Shown here: positions 23,901 to 35,862 of the stretch, piece by piece
Layout of the letters: each line of letters begins with the position of its first letter
Position numbering within the stretch: the stretch's first letter is position 1
Origin: Botryllus schlosseri
Taxonomy: Eukaryota
Reading direction: 5' to 3'
Assembly: GCA_051294905.1 (NCBI GenBank)
Contig: CM119372.1
Location: 14,200,001 to 14,264,000 of the forward strand
DNA: 64,000 bases
Translations under genes and position numbers: made by a program
Notes under the pieces: model-generated
What the model saw: the letters and a program-made list of their open reading frames with translations, nothing else
What the model was told of the DNA's origin: nothing
Database searches by the model: none

Positions 23901-26608
23901 TGCTCAATATCAATGTAGCAATACTCAGACTCCGAACACATTGTCCGGTCTGGCTAAGACCGTTAAGGCGTAAGCTTATATTCGTCCTCGTCGAAATTGT
24001 TGGCAAAGCGACGGAATGTATTGATTTTACGCAATTATTATATCCTTTGATTACCGCTGTTGATACATTTAGCGACGTTTAACACGCCGATATGTACTTC
24101 AGCATTGTGGCATTATGTGGACCGAGTCTTCGCTAGGTATCGTGTACATTAATATAGGCTATCACTTCATTGGAAGATAGGGTTGGAATTAGCAATATGA
24201 CGTCACGTGACGTCACGAGGTTCACGTTCGTGTTCACACAGAACCTTTCAAAAAGGTTCGCGTTCACACGAACCTGAACCTTTCAGAGGTTCACACCATC
24301 CCTAATATTTACCGTATCAGTGTATCTGAGCAAATATCGTGGATTTAAAACCGAAATAGTGACCAATGACCTTGATTGTCGTAGCGGAGTTAATACGTTT
24401 ACTATCCGTCGACAGGCGGCGGGAAAAAACGTTGTAGTCATTGGTGCATCCTTCATCGGAATGGAAGTTGCTTCCAGCCTGGCAGAGGCAGCAGAATCTG
24501 TCACGGTTTGCGAATATTTCAGCGCTCCATATCAAACCGTTCTTGGTTCTGAGGTGAGAACTTGGCCACGTAATTCAATCCCGACTAAACTCCAGCTATT
24601 CTCTATGCTGATTCAGGTTGGGGAAGTGTTTCAGACAATGCACGAAGAAAGGGGAATTGTATTCCATATGAATGCGTCTGTTACCGAGTTAAAGGGGAGT
24701 GAAGGTGCGGTGCAACATGTCGTCTTGAACAACGGTACTCTTCTCAAGGTATGACTGGACTGGACAATTAGACAGCGTTGCTACTCATAACCCGTGTAGC
24801 AAAATTGATATAATATATCCTTTTCGTTCTAAGTCAGACAAACGTGGATCAGCATAAATCTGTGCAGTTCAAGCAACTGTTCTGAGAACCGTTGATGTGT
24901 CTGCTTGCGTTCTATAGCTCCGTCATCTCATGAGCCGTGGCAACAGACCATTCTGGTTAGCGCCGTAAATTGATACATGTACAACCAGTGGGCCTCATAA
25001 AAATTCAAGTAGAAGGTTTGGCAATAATCGGAGTTTCTTTTATTCTACATATTCTCATTTAGACGCTTACTCCTCACGCGACTGTCTGTACCATACGCTT
25101 ACGCTATTGCCACTGTTTTCACAGGCAGACATTGTTATTGCTGGCGTAGGCGTTATTCCAGCCACGAAATTTCTCCAAAATTCAGGCGTTGAACTAGATG
25201 CACGCGGGTACGTGCACGTTAATAAATACTTGGAGACAAATGTCAAAGATGTGTATGCGGGCGGTGATATTGCTGTTTTTCCGTTAAAGTAAGTATCTCC
25301 CATCCAGTCAACCCGAATTTGATATCCACAGCCACTCTTTTCGTGTTCGATTTGTCACCTTTTTATGCTATTTTTTGCGTAGAATGCGGTCATGGGAGCC
25401 CGCTAACGTTCAACATTGGCAAATGGCACACTACCACGGAAGAGTCGTTGGCATGAACATGGCATCAGCGAAATCGACAGAGGCCTCTTCCGTTCCATTT
25501 TTCTGGAGCAGTCTCGGGCCCGGCAAGAATATACGTTATGCTGGTAAGTGAAATAGATAGTAGTCACTTGTCTTTTTATGTCATATCCAATTACTTATCA
25601 TTCAGTATGCATGCCTCTTATTTACATGTTCTTGGAGGCAAAATTTTGGTCAGGAAGTTTGCATAGTTGGCATCTGTCAAACTGCAACTGATATGATTTG
25701 GCAATTTTAAAATATAGCGATAAAAACAACGATGTGGAAAGTGACGTGATACCTAACAACAGAATGCGACAATATCTGAACTTGCCAAACTAGAAAGCAT
25801 CAGCTTTAATTTAGATTTTGGGTATAGTAGACCTATATGCTATTATCGATGATGTGATAAAAATTTTATTTTCAGATTTTGACTGGCCTCAAAGATTCCT
25901 AGAAGTTCTAGAAATCCCTGACTGGCCTTCATAGACAATTTAAAAACTAGTACGCGTACTCCCAAGGGGCCCACGGACCCCGTTTATGAACCCTAGGCCA
26001 AGGCGAATGACTGATAGAAAGACTGCAGAGAGTCGTTTCCACTTCTATCTTATCATTTTTTCGCATTCTTGTGGGGTTTTGAATTGATAAAAATCGATAT
26101 ATCTGAAAGAATGAATGAATGGAAGATCCGAAATCTCATATTCGATGGCGTCACCAGGAAGTTGCTTAGAAATGATCAGTGGTAAACGGTTCAGACTCGT
26201 TCGTGAAGAGATGATTTTCCCCCTGGCTACGCCACCGCATGCATCTTTCATTGTTTCAGATTTCCGGTCTACATCGGCATGCACTATGACTATGCATTTG
26301 CATAGATGCGGTATAGTATTCACAACACGAAGAACATTCAATCATTTATCATTGTGGACTTGAGATATTTGTACCGTATTGTTCATATTTAGGCTTGTGC
26401 ACGTACGATTTTGTTTTCAGGAAATGGACTCGGCCACGACAGCGTCGTTATTGCTGGCAGCTTGGCGGAAAGAAAATTTTGCGCGTACTATTGCAAAGGC
26501 GACGAAGTTGTAGCTGTAGCGACATATATGATGGATCCTAGGGCCTCGGAGTTGGCTGAAAATTGGCGAAATGGGATCAGATTGCTCAAAAGTAACATTC
26601 CAAAATGA
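20950..26608 (+). CDS. AIFM3: Apoptosis-inducing factor 3-like Rieske/FAD oxidoreductase, 9 exons: 20950-21334, 21397-21520, 21583-21770, 23056-23150, 24416-24553, 24617-24748, 25125-25288, 25383-25543, 26421-26608
   Basis: Rieske CTH...CPWH, IIGGG, PYDRTKLSK, IATGS, VIGASFIGME, YAGGD, HWQMA, VPFFW; all eight introns are GT-AG with compatible phases. Confidence 0.9.
22204..22485. mobile_element. CAGTGGTTCTCAA hAT MITE in AIFM3 intron 3
   Basis: Exact TSD tcatagac; homologous to 4661-4986. Confidence 0.85.
23315..24304 (+). mobile_element. TAGGGATGGTGTGAAC element, copy 2, in AIFM3 intron 4
   Basis: Colinear with 14854-15850; exact TSD atatttac. Confidence 0.92.
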
Positions 26609-27003
26609 AAACGGATGTCGGGAGGCCTGTTTCGATCGTAACCGCACTCGAATAACGATCATATCATTAATACCGTGATGTCATCAATTGCTTAACGGTG
26701 ACATCGCAATAGAATGTGTTATGCATTTCCTGAAAATAGTTCCGCTAGCTTTGCTTATGTGTGACAAGATAAATGTCTTTAGATGACGTTTAATTGAGTG
26801 TTATTCAAGATCACAATGTGTAAATATATATATATATATGCTGAATTGATGATACGCCTACCGGGAGCCGTGTCCGCGCCCATAGTAGTGTAAGTGAGGA
26901 TGGAATGCTGTAAGTTTGCGTAACTGACTGTGTTAGGCAAATATCTCATTCGGCGTGCGTTTTTCTGATAAACACTTTATTTAGATAGCTACATGGTGTC
27001 GGT

Positions 27004-27396
27004 TAGGGTTGCATTTAAAGTAAATGGTTGAACAGTGTTTTAAACAATGCCCTTTTAAAAATAATTCGTGTTTTTTTAAGTTGTAATATCACGCCATAAT
27101 TGTCATAATTGTGTACATACTTTCCAAAAAAACATGTTTTATGAGCCTACAGACAATTATAACCCAATATAGCCGACGTATACGATATGGGATGGTTAGA
27201 AACCTCAAAATAGTCGGATCAACAGCTAATAGAGTACGAATGAGGTATTTCGTCACAGGAGCTCTATTTACCCTATATTTTCAATTGCCAATATGAATCC
27301 ACTATGTGACGTCACAATAGAATATTCGTGACGTCATGGCTTAAGAATACAATAAAAAACATGTTTTAAATTGGTTTTGTTTTGTATGCAACCCTA
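27004..27396. mobile_element. TAGGGTTGCAT hAT-like MITE
   Basis: 11-bp TIR; exact TSD gtgtcggt at 26996-27003 and 27397-27404. Confidence 0.88.
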
Positions 27397-27826
27397 GTGT
27401 CGGTAGGTAAGCCTTCTAGGCAGTGTCAGATTCTCATCCAGATACGAGATTGCGGGTTTAATCTTTGTTGGATTTTTTAGATTATGGCGAGAGCCGGAGA
27501 TTTCCTCTCATCCGCAAGAAAAAACAATCATATTCCAAGGATGGGTCCGCTTATTTCGTGCACTTTCTGGGTTTAAATGACTTATCAGAGTCAAGCTCAA
27601 CTCTGGGATCTGGGCTGGGGCCGGGTTGGATTTAGGATTGCGTTTTAGGACAGCAAGGCAGCCCCATGGGACCACCATCTACAACAGTTGCCCATTGAAT
27701 CGCTGTAGCATTGGAAATTAATTATATCAATATATTCGTCAGATTATATTTTTATCCGACCAAGACACACACATGTCACACAATGCGATGTAGTGACGAA
27801 TATGCAGATAGTGAGATAGGTCTAAG

Positions 27827-29025
27827 CAGTGTTGGGATGACTCGAGTCATGACTTGACTCGAGTCAGACTCGAGTCAACTTTTTCGTATGACTTGACTTG
27901 ACTAGAGTCACTTTGACGCATGACTTGACTCGTAGCTTCAAAAATGTCATTTGACTGGTGACTCGGAGCAAAATTTATGAGTCAATTTCAAGTCATCCAG
28001 CAAACGGTGTCGATTAAATCACCCTATCTTATGTATGTTCGGATTGTTCGCGATACGCCGATGTCACTTGTGACTTGTGAGGACAACCGGTCATTCACTG
28101 ATTGTAAATTGACCGCAAACGAAACGATCATAGCTTACGCTGTCGTAGTAGTAGTTGTAGTAGTTTAATCTAATAGCCACATATCTTTGTTTCTTAGAAG
28201 GCTCAGTGTTTACATTTCGCAGTGCTCATCTTTACGAAAAAAAAACGGGGGCGCGGACTAGATGACCTCATGGGGCCGTATCGCAACTCCGTCGTCAAAG
28301 CATCTCGATGGTGCAGGCGAAAAAGAATATCATATCTCTCTCTCTCTCTCTTGTATAATTTAAATCGAACGAACTATGCGTTTATATTCTCGCGGATGTG
28401 TAGATGGGTAGTGTAGGCTACTATACCATATCAATGTGTTGCAACTTCTCGAGGCTTCGAATTCGATCCTCTATTTTGGTTGATAATAACAGACTGTAGC
28501 ATGTAGCTGCGGCAGTTACTCACGTATTTTATTAGCAGTTCTAAGTGTGCGTGAGCGATAGAGAGAGAGATATGGTATTCTTTTTCGCCTACACCATCGA
28601 GATGCTTTTTGACGACGGAGATGCGATAGGGCCTTTATAGTAAGGCCCCGTTTTTTTTTCTCCCCCATGCTATCCATGATTGCTGAGCGCCTAGCAGGAT
28701 AGCTGCGGATACCAGTTTTCGAGTCTTTGGTCTGACCCGGCTGGGGATCAAACCCACGACCTACCGATCGAGAAGCCGGACGCACAACCATTACACTATC
28801 TCGCCATTTTGCAGGTATATTTATCTTTATATTGGTTAAAGGGTCAATTAATCTGTCATTCACCCAGTTAGCAAAATGTAATGAATTTGCATCATCACTC
28901 ACATTTCGAAAATTCAATTTGACTTGAATCGTGACTGGACTAGTGACTTGACTTGACTCGAGTCAAAATGTGCAATGAATCGAGATGACCCGTGACTCGA
29001 AGGTAATGACTTGATCCCAACACTG
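27827..29025 (-). mobile_element. CAGTGTTGGGAT element, copy 2 (inverted), carrying two SINE insertions
   Basis: Same TIR and body as 14406-16367 in reverse; flanks ggtctaag / ggtc(gatc)taag. Confidence 0.85.
28561..28805 (-). mobile_element. tRNA-SINE with MetaSINE-like domain and (TC)n tail; a tail-only copy lies in opposite orientation at ~28237-28350 and a decayed head at ~20500-20605
   Basis: Minus strand: ggcgagatagtgtaatggt A-box, gggtttgatccc B-box, then accaaagactcgaaaactggtatccgcagctatcctgctaggcgctcagca (resembles the Meta domain from memory). Confidence 0.7.
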
Positions 29026-29038
29026 GGTCGATCTAAGC

Positions 29039-29110
29039 CAGGGGTGTCAAACGTACGGCCCGCGGGCCGCATCCGGCCCGCCAGACGGTTTCATCCGGCA
29101 CGAGAAGCAA
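29039..29110. mobile_element. Left end of a CAGGGG-type hAT MITE
   Basis: caggggtgtcaaacgtacggcccgcgggccgcatccggcccg; no matching right end found. Confidence 0.6.
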
Positions 29111-31029
29111 TTCTGAGTAGATTGAGAAAATGCCTGCAATAATTCAGCATATCTCTAACAATTATTGAGATTTCTAGTAAAAAATACATCCATTGAATAA
29201 TCCCTCAACACATCAAAGGTCGAGTATGTTCAAAGGCCTTATCATAACCATCCGACGGCCGTGTTAAAGTGTAATTCTGATCACCATTATGAACAAGTCG
29301 CTGACATTGAAACCGAATTCCAGAAAAGCCCAAAAGTGCACAGTGAGTTCAGATTTTTTATGGAAAAATTGACATAAAGTAGTTATTCACGTAAGCGAAA
29401 ACGACAATGCGAAGCCGTTGCATGCCGTGCACTGTGAGGTTACATAGGGAATGTAATAGTTACACAAAAATGTATTTCAAATATCTATGGTCGCACTGCT
29501 TTATCAGTTTTGACTTTTGACAAAGATTCCTGGCCTCTTGAGAAACCCAAATCGCGATTAAGTAATAATGAAGCAATTCCTATACGTCCGCCTTTATAGT
29601 GAAATCTCTTGCATTCCCCTCAACGCATACGCATGAATACCGCTAGAGTACGACTAAAACAAAGGAAGCATACATATGCCAGCTTATATCGTCGTTAGAG
29701 TCTTATTTTAGCCGTTTATAACTGTTTTCAACCGGTCAATCATCCTTTTTTTGCAATTCCATTGTATGCGAATTAAGGTGTTGCTAGAATAGAACTTCTG
29801 CGATCCGTATTATATTAAAATATACAATTGTATATACAGGCTTGATAACAATGTATACAAGTGAGAAACAAGTGCATGGATTTTGAGGCATCTGCCTAGT
29901 GCCGGATGTCACAGTTTTTCGATATTAATCTTCAGTCGGCCGTTCTTTTTAGACGCTCTTTCCATATTCCATTCGCTTTCATTTCGAGTGCGTTCTTCAG
30001 CGGTCTTTTTGACGCCGTAAAATAGCGACACGGGGGAGGAGCGCAAATGATTGTACTTGATAAGAAATTGAGCAGATGATTGCATATCATTGAATGACCG
30101 TATAGCATTGGCCTTAGCACCCCTTCGTTCCTTGATTTCGCCCCCTTTGTATCAGTGTAACAAAGTCACTGAACTATGACTTTGGGTCGTATAAAAATAT
30201 ACATTCAAATAAACCTTCATTTCTTGATTTTTCCTCCCCCTTCCCGCCTCACCGGTATAAAATTACTGGTAAAATTTAACAAGCTCACTGATTCTGATTT
30301 CTGAAGCAAGCATCAAATCTCTTATCGGAAATATTCACTGAGCTGTATAGTATAGTTTTAAACAACTCTGTGGTAATAACGCTTTTCTCCTGGAGACAGG
30401 TGTTAGGTTGGATTATAGAGGATGTAGTTGGATCACTCAGCAATATGGATCGGATGGAGTAGATTCAGTTCAGAGTTCTTCTTGATGATACTGGAGTTCG
30501 GTGAATACATGCCTGTATTGTACCGGTTGCCGTTTATATTGTTTTGTTACCTTGAATTTGAAATTCGACGGTGAATGAGCTATAGGCCTATGTAGGAATG
30601 TAGCATAGGACTGAACTTGATAACAAAATGTGAGTAATGATGAGTTGATTACTACCGGTAGCTCTGCCTCAGCTCTAGATTTATAGTTTGTACGTTTTCT
30701 GTTGAACGGTACGAAGCAGAACCGATGCGATGGATGCGTTTAGTGTTCAATTTCGGTAGTATGTTAAAACTTTGATGTAGCTTCCATTATGGTATTATTC
30801 AGCTACAATTGAATGTTTCACAAATGCATGCTATTGTGTTAGCCTAGCTCAATCACAAAATTATGCGAGTAATTTCGATATATATTGTGTTTCAGCTTAC
30901 TATCATGCACATAAATAATTGTATTCCACAATTGAACAGGATTGGATGTCTTCCTGGCTGTGATAATCATTGGTATTGATTTCCTATTTGAGCAACAACT
31001 ATATCACAGTATTGAAACAACAGAGAATC

Positions 31030-31905
31030 ATGTGTCTTCAGAGAGGCTGTACCTGCACTTTAAAGTATGCTGGCGGAATTCCCTTGGTTAGTCCATGCTT
31101 GAAGAACATTCTTTTCCTCGCAAACTTCCTGACATGGCTCGTTGGATTTACGATGATTGGGATTGGTGTTTATGCGAAAGTAGAGAAACAATATTCACAC
31201 GGTCTTTCAGAACTTGCAGTCGATCCTGCTACTCCTATTATAATATTTGGATGCTTGGTGTTCTTGGTGACATTCTTCGGCTGTGTTGGCGCTTTAAGAG
31301 AAAATATTTGCATGCTCAAATTTTTCTCCTTTGTGATGGTTTTTGCACTTGTCGTCGAAGTTGGCTGTGCCTTTGCGGCAGTAATTTTGTCTGACAGTTA
31401 TCGTGAAAGTCTGGGAAAGCTGATGTACAAAAGCATAGAGCACTACCGCAATGACGCAGATGTTAATGATCTTGTCGACTGGATGCAAGAAGAGTTCAAG
31501 TGTTGTGGTGTAATTGAACTGAAAGATTGGAGCTATAATGAATACTTCAATTGTGATATTAACAACCCCAGCTTGGAAAGATGTGGAGTTCCTTATTCTT
31601 GCTGCAAAGTAGATGAAGATGCCAATATCACTGATGTAATAAATACGTTATGCGGAATTGGTTTACAGAATTCCGAAGACTCTAATCTATACATATATGA
31701 TCAAGGATGTCTTGATTCTTTTCTATTATGGGTGCATGATCATTTGTTTTACATTTCCTTTTTCTTGGTCGTGCTGGGTTGCATTCCTCAAATACTAGGA
31801 GTCATGATATCAAGAATTCTTATCATACAAATCAATGACCAGTATCGGTTCATCCAACTTGGACTGCTGGTAGATAGCGGCGATATAGAATATTTAGGTT
31901 CATGA
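31030..31905 (+). CDS. TspanC8-subfamily tetraspanin (TSPAN33/5/17-like), single-exon CDS
   Basis: Four TM helices, FFGCVGALREN, CCG, ERCGVPYSCC, eight Cys in the large loop; first ATG at 31030. Confidence 0.9.
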   Translation: MCLQRGCTCTLKYAGGIPLVSPCLKNILFLANFLTWLVGFTMIGIGVYAKVEKQYSHGLSELAVDPATPIIIFGCLVFLVTFFGCVGALRENICMLKFFSFVMVFALVVEVGCAFAAVILSDSYRESLGKLMYKSIEHYRNDADVNDLVDWMQEEFKCCGVIELKDWSYNEYFNCDINNPSLERCGVPYSCCKVDEDANITDVINTLCGIGLQNSEDSNLYIYDQGCLDSFLLWVHDHLFYISFFLVVLGCIPQILGVMISRILIIQINDQYRFIQLGLLVDSGDIEYLGS

Positions 31906-32883
31906 AGACCATCTCAGCAACTATATTGGTCATCATTACAATATATCAGCTCCATAATCAGCACATTTCAAATTAGCTGCGATAGACTTGCCCTGCAGTT
32001 ATGAGTTACGTATTTATGACTAACTTGATGATTTTATACCGATAACTCTAATGCACGTTACTATGTAAAAATGTAGCTACTCATTTGGAAGTAGGCCTAC
32101 ACTGTACACAATTCTGTAAAACCCGTTTTTATAAACTTCGGTAACAATAGATACTTATATGTCGAGATTCCTTAAACTATATCCGCATCATTGAAGGCTT
32201 TATAATTCCTATTGGCGTCTCTTGCATATGGATACCAGCCTAATGAATATGGTCATGCTCAACTCTTTCCCGGCAGTGACATTCTTAATTGCTTATTGTC
32301 CGTTTCACACAGTGCTCATCTATTATGTTGATTGCATGCAGTTTGTGGATATTCAATAATCATTGCACTTTCATTTTCAGTACTAGTAAGTAGTACTTTG
32401 ATACAGTGCAGACAACTTTAATATTTTCGAATTCACCATGTAGACGTTTTCTAGTTCATGCACTTCTATTTCAACTAGCTCAATTTGCACAATATAGTCG
32501 GAAGAACTGATTTGTTGATAAATTGCGATACATTCTAGACAGCACAGTACAGTTAATTCTGCTTTGAGAGTCTATGAAAAGCGTCAAAACATCGAAACAA
32601 CTATCCATGCTGCATCGCTTACTGTAAGGAAGTGTCTGCAACAATACTACATTGCAATATCAAATTTATTATTTCTTGTTTGGACCGAGTAGAAATGAAT
32701 AATAGAAAAAACATTCCATATTGAATCTCCCACTGAGAGACTTAAGCATAGAAATAGGGCATTGAAAGACCACACGAGCACGACATTGCTTCAATATGTC
32801 CCTGCACTAATATAGCATTAAAGTCCTCCCTGGACATATGAAGTGGTCAAGGGCAAGATAAAGTTCGATGTGGTAGTGTTATG

Positions 32884-35862
32884 CTAGATGCTTGCTGGAT
32901 GGAAGTTGGGATCGAGGTAGTTATACTCTCCGGAATTGGACACAAATTTCATGTAATCGTCATCAAGGAAATTCTGAGACTCGTAGACTGGCTCCATCCT
33001 ATGGGAAGGCTTGTGGTTATTAGTCACAAACTGTCCGTGCAATTGAATACATGACTGGCACAGATCCACACAGGTTTCTTGGGGGCAGTCAATGCAGTGG
33101 TATCGTACACCTTGAATAGGATCACTTTCACACATATCACATGCGTATCCAGTGTGCTGTGCTAGGGCTTGTCTGCCCCAACTGCGGCGATCGTTGAGTT
33201 TTGACTTGCGAAGTCTTTTCAGTCGCAAAATCTCCACATATTCTGGACAGCTCCTCAATTCATCCGGAATGTCTTCCTCATCAGAAGCCAGCTCTTCACT
33301 TCCTTGATTTCGCATACATTCAGCAGACGTTGACGGAAGACTGCAGTCTTCTTCGTCAATGTCCATCCGAACAGGGCAGTGAAGCTGTGGGAAGAAAGTA
33401 GATGCTCTTAAATAGCTCTGCTGCGGGTGGCTCCGTGCCCGTTTGGATTGTGTCCCAGCGCTGCTAGAGTCTCTCAACAATCTTCCAGACCGAGGTCTAT
33501 TACCAGGAATTGGGAGGCCAGCTTTGGCAAGCTTTATGAAATATTTCTGAACTCTAGACTGCACTTGGAGGGGTGTGCGGTTACCAAGTGCAGCAGCGAT
33601 TTTTCGAAATCTAGTGAATTCTACGGGTTCGGATGGAAATTTCAGAAGGAGCTCCTCTAATTTGAGCTGCTCTTCTACAGTCCACGTGACACGGTTTGAT
33701 TGTGAAGATGAAAGTCGATTACCGTCTTTGCTGGCTGCGGAAGACTGAGTTGGAACACCACCTTCGAATGTCAATCTTACTTTCCTGGTAACAGGCTTCG
33801 CTGACATGGTGGAGGGGGCATCATTCCCAAAAACATTACTAAAGGTCCCATACTGTGAAACATATTTCTGCCAATTTATTTTGGGTATTGAAGCTACGGT
33901 TTGAGGTCGAAAATACTTTGACAATGGAGACCTTGTTTGAAGTTCGTCAACATACTCGACAGGTCTGCTTGTCGCACTCAATTTTTCTGATCTGAGAGTC
34001 TCAATGTCATGAACACACTGATGTCTCTGAGCCTCCAAAAGTGCGACGGCTTTGAGAAATCCTTGATAGTCCTTGTTATGCTTCAATGCAACATGATCGC
34101 TTTCAAAAAAATACACATCAGACTTGGGTACCGCTTCTTCTGCAAATAGGGAGGGAGGTTCAGATGGATCGCGAAATAACATTTGCACTTTGGGCTTCTC
34201 CGGCAATCTTGCTTCCTTCACACGCGATTTAAGATTTCCCTTCTTTCTTTTGGGGGTGAGAATTGCATGTCGATCACTGACATCTGGTTCACCTGCAGAT
34301 GAAGTGGAGACTTTTAGCTTGTCATCTGATTTACCTGCAGACGAAGTGGAGACTTCTGCATTGCAAGGATCCAATAACTTTGGTGATTGATGTTTCAATT
34401 CAGAAACATCCACGGCTTCCAAATTGCCCTGGTCAGGCACAGGGGTTAATGCAGGAGTACCATCTGAGGACACCGGCAGTAACTCTGCATCTACGTCAAG
34501 TCTATTAACCGGATGTTTCTTATCCAAGGTTTGTTCATCTGAGGGTACCATATCACGAGCTTCCAATACAGGAATCTTATGGGGTTTCGAGTTAACTTCA
34601 TTGTTTTTGGTACCATTAGAGAACATTTTTGTGGACTTTGTGCCCCCAGTCTTGGAATCCTCTCCATCATTGCACAAAGTCTCACCATTTTCTGAGTTTG
34701 CGATTACGTTTGGATGATGAATTTTTGAGGAGTCCAGCAGTCCAAGTTCAGACCCATTTTCTATTTTTTGGGGACTGTCAAGATGATTGATTTCATTGCC
34801 TGGGACAAAACCATGTCTGTTCTCGGAAGAGTTCTCCATGGATTTTAAATGGTCATGCTTTTCACTGGAGTTACCATTAATAGACTTTGATCGAGATTTT
34901 TTAATGAGTTCTAGACTCAATGTGTAGTAATTTGGATCACATTGTACACCAGAGCTACGCAGGTTCATTTTTCTTTTTCCCGCAAATGCAACAAAATCAT
35001 CATTTTCAGCATCTTGGTACTCCATCTCCAGTAGATCTTCAATGTTCAATTTTTCTTTTGAATCTACCTGATGTGCAGTTTCATCTTTGTCGCGCTCCTT
35101 GTCAATATTCTTTTGTCTCAAGGGTTCATCGGTATCACTAGCAACAAAATGTTGCTCGACTACATCAGATTCGCCATTGGTAACACGAGTGGGATCCACG
35201 ATATCAGCGGCTTGTGCTTCTGATGTTATTGGCGACAATTTTTCAGATCCTGGATCCTCGTCCTTTGTCGATGACAACCTTGTGACTGGTCGATCATTGC
35301 TGCAAATACCTTCAGTAATAGAATTTTTCCTATGGTTGTTTCTGCTTGTACTCCGTGTAAGATGTTTGGAATCTGGTGGTCGCGGCGCATCATGTAAACC
35401 GTTTTCGCGAGTGTCGTGCCCGTTTTCCTGACACAACGTGTTTTTTGTAGGCGGAGCAGTGCAATCATTTACTTCACCATGGTGTGCAACAGTGACGGGA
35501 GTGACTTTTCTCTTTGCTCTGGTGAGATGATCGGTTTTCAGAATATCTTGCATCGCAATTCGTCCTGCTTTGTCCAACTTTGATGGACAAGCTGAAGAAT
35601 TCACTCTCTTGGCAGCTCTAGTGAAATGTTTACTTGATTGCTTCCGATGCGGTGTAGCTGTCCCATTTTTATTGTCTATATCCGTCGCTAATTTAACAAT
35701 TTTTCGTCTCGGTGACGCCCGTGTGTAACTTTCAACTTCTAACGAATTTCTCTTCAGCTTCATGTTTCCACCTTCTTCTGCAGCATCTCTCAAAAGTCGT
35801 GTTGAGCGCCTCTCAATCGAAAGTGGTTCAGTTGTACTTGTTGATCTTGTCCGTCTCATCAT
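32884..35862 (-). CDS. ZZZ3: ZZ-type zinc finger protein 3 (ATAC complex subunit), single-exon CDS, 992 aa
   Basis: YFFESDHVALKHNKDY, SANT/Myb WTVEEQLKLEELL...QVQSRVQKYFIKLAKAGLPIPG, ZZ finger, C-terminal YNYLDPN. Confidence 0.93.
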   Translation of the reverse strand: MMRRTRSTSTTEPLSIERRSTRLLRDAAEEGGNMKLKRNSLEVESYTRASPRRKIVKLATDIDNKNGTATPHRKQSSKHFTRAAKRVNSSACPSKLDKAGRIAMQDILKTDHLTRAKRKVTPVTVAHHGEVNDCTAPPTKNTLCQENGHDTRENGLHDAPRPPDSKHLTRSTSRNNHRKNSITEGICSNDRPVTRLSSTKDEDPGSEKLSPITSEAQAADIVDPTRVTNGESDVVEQHFVASDTDEPLRQKNIDKERDKDETAHQVDSKEKLNIEDLLEMEYQDAENDDFVAFAGKRKMNLRSSGVQCDPNYYTLSLELIKKSRSKSINGNSSEKHDHLKSMENSSENRHGFVPGNEINHLDSPQKIENGSELGLLDSSKIHHPNVIANSENGETLCNDGEDSKTGGTKSTKMFSNGTKNNEVNSKPHKIPVLEARDMVPSDEQTLDKKHPVNRLDVDAELLPVSSDGTPALTPVPDQGNLEAVDVSELKHQSPKLLDPCNAEVSTSSAGKSDDKLKVSTSSAGEPDVSDRHAILTPKRKKGNLKSRVKEARLPEKPKVQMLFRDPSEPPSLFAEEAVPKSDVYFFESDHVALKHNKDYQGFLKAVALLEAQRHQCVHDIETLRSEKLSATSRPVEYVDELQTRSPLSKYFRPQTVASIPKINWQKYVSQYGTFSNVFGNDAPSTMSAKPVTRKVRLTFEGGVPTQSSAASKDGNRLSSSQSNRVTWTVEEQLKLEELLLKFPSEPVEFTRFRKIAAALGNRTPLQVQSRVQKYFIKLAKAGLPIPGNRPRSGRLLRDSSSAGTQSKRARSHPQQSYLRASTFFPQLHCPVRMDIDEEDCSLPSTSAECMRNQGSEELASDEEDIPDELRSCPEYVEILRLKRLRKSKLNDRRSWGRQALAQHTGYACDMCESDPIQGVRYHCIDCPQETCVDLCQSCIQLHGQFVTNNHKPSHRMEPVYESQNFLDDDYMKFVSNSGEYNYLDPNFHPASI

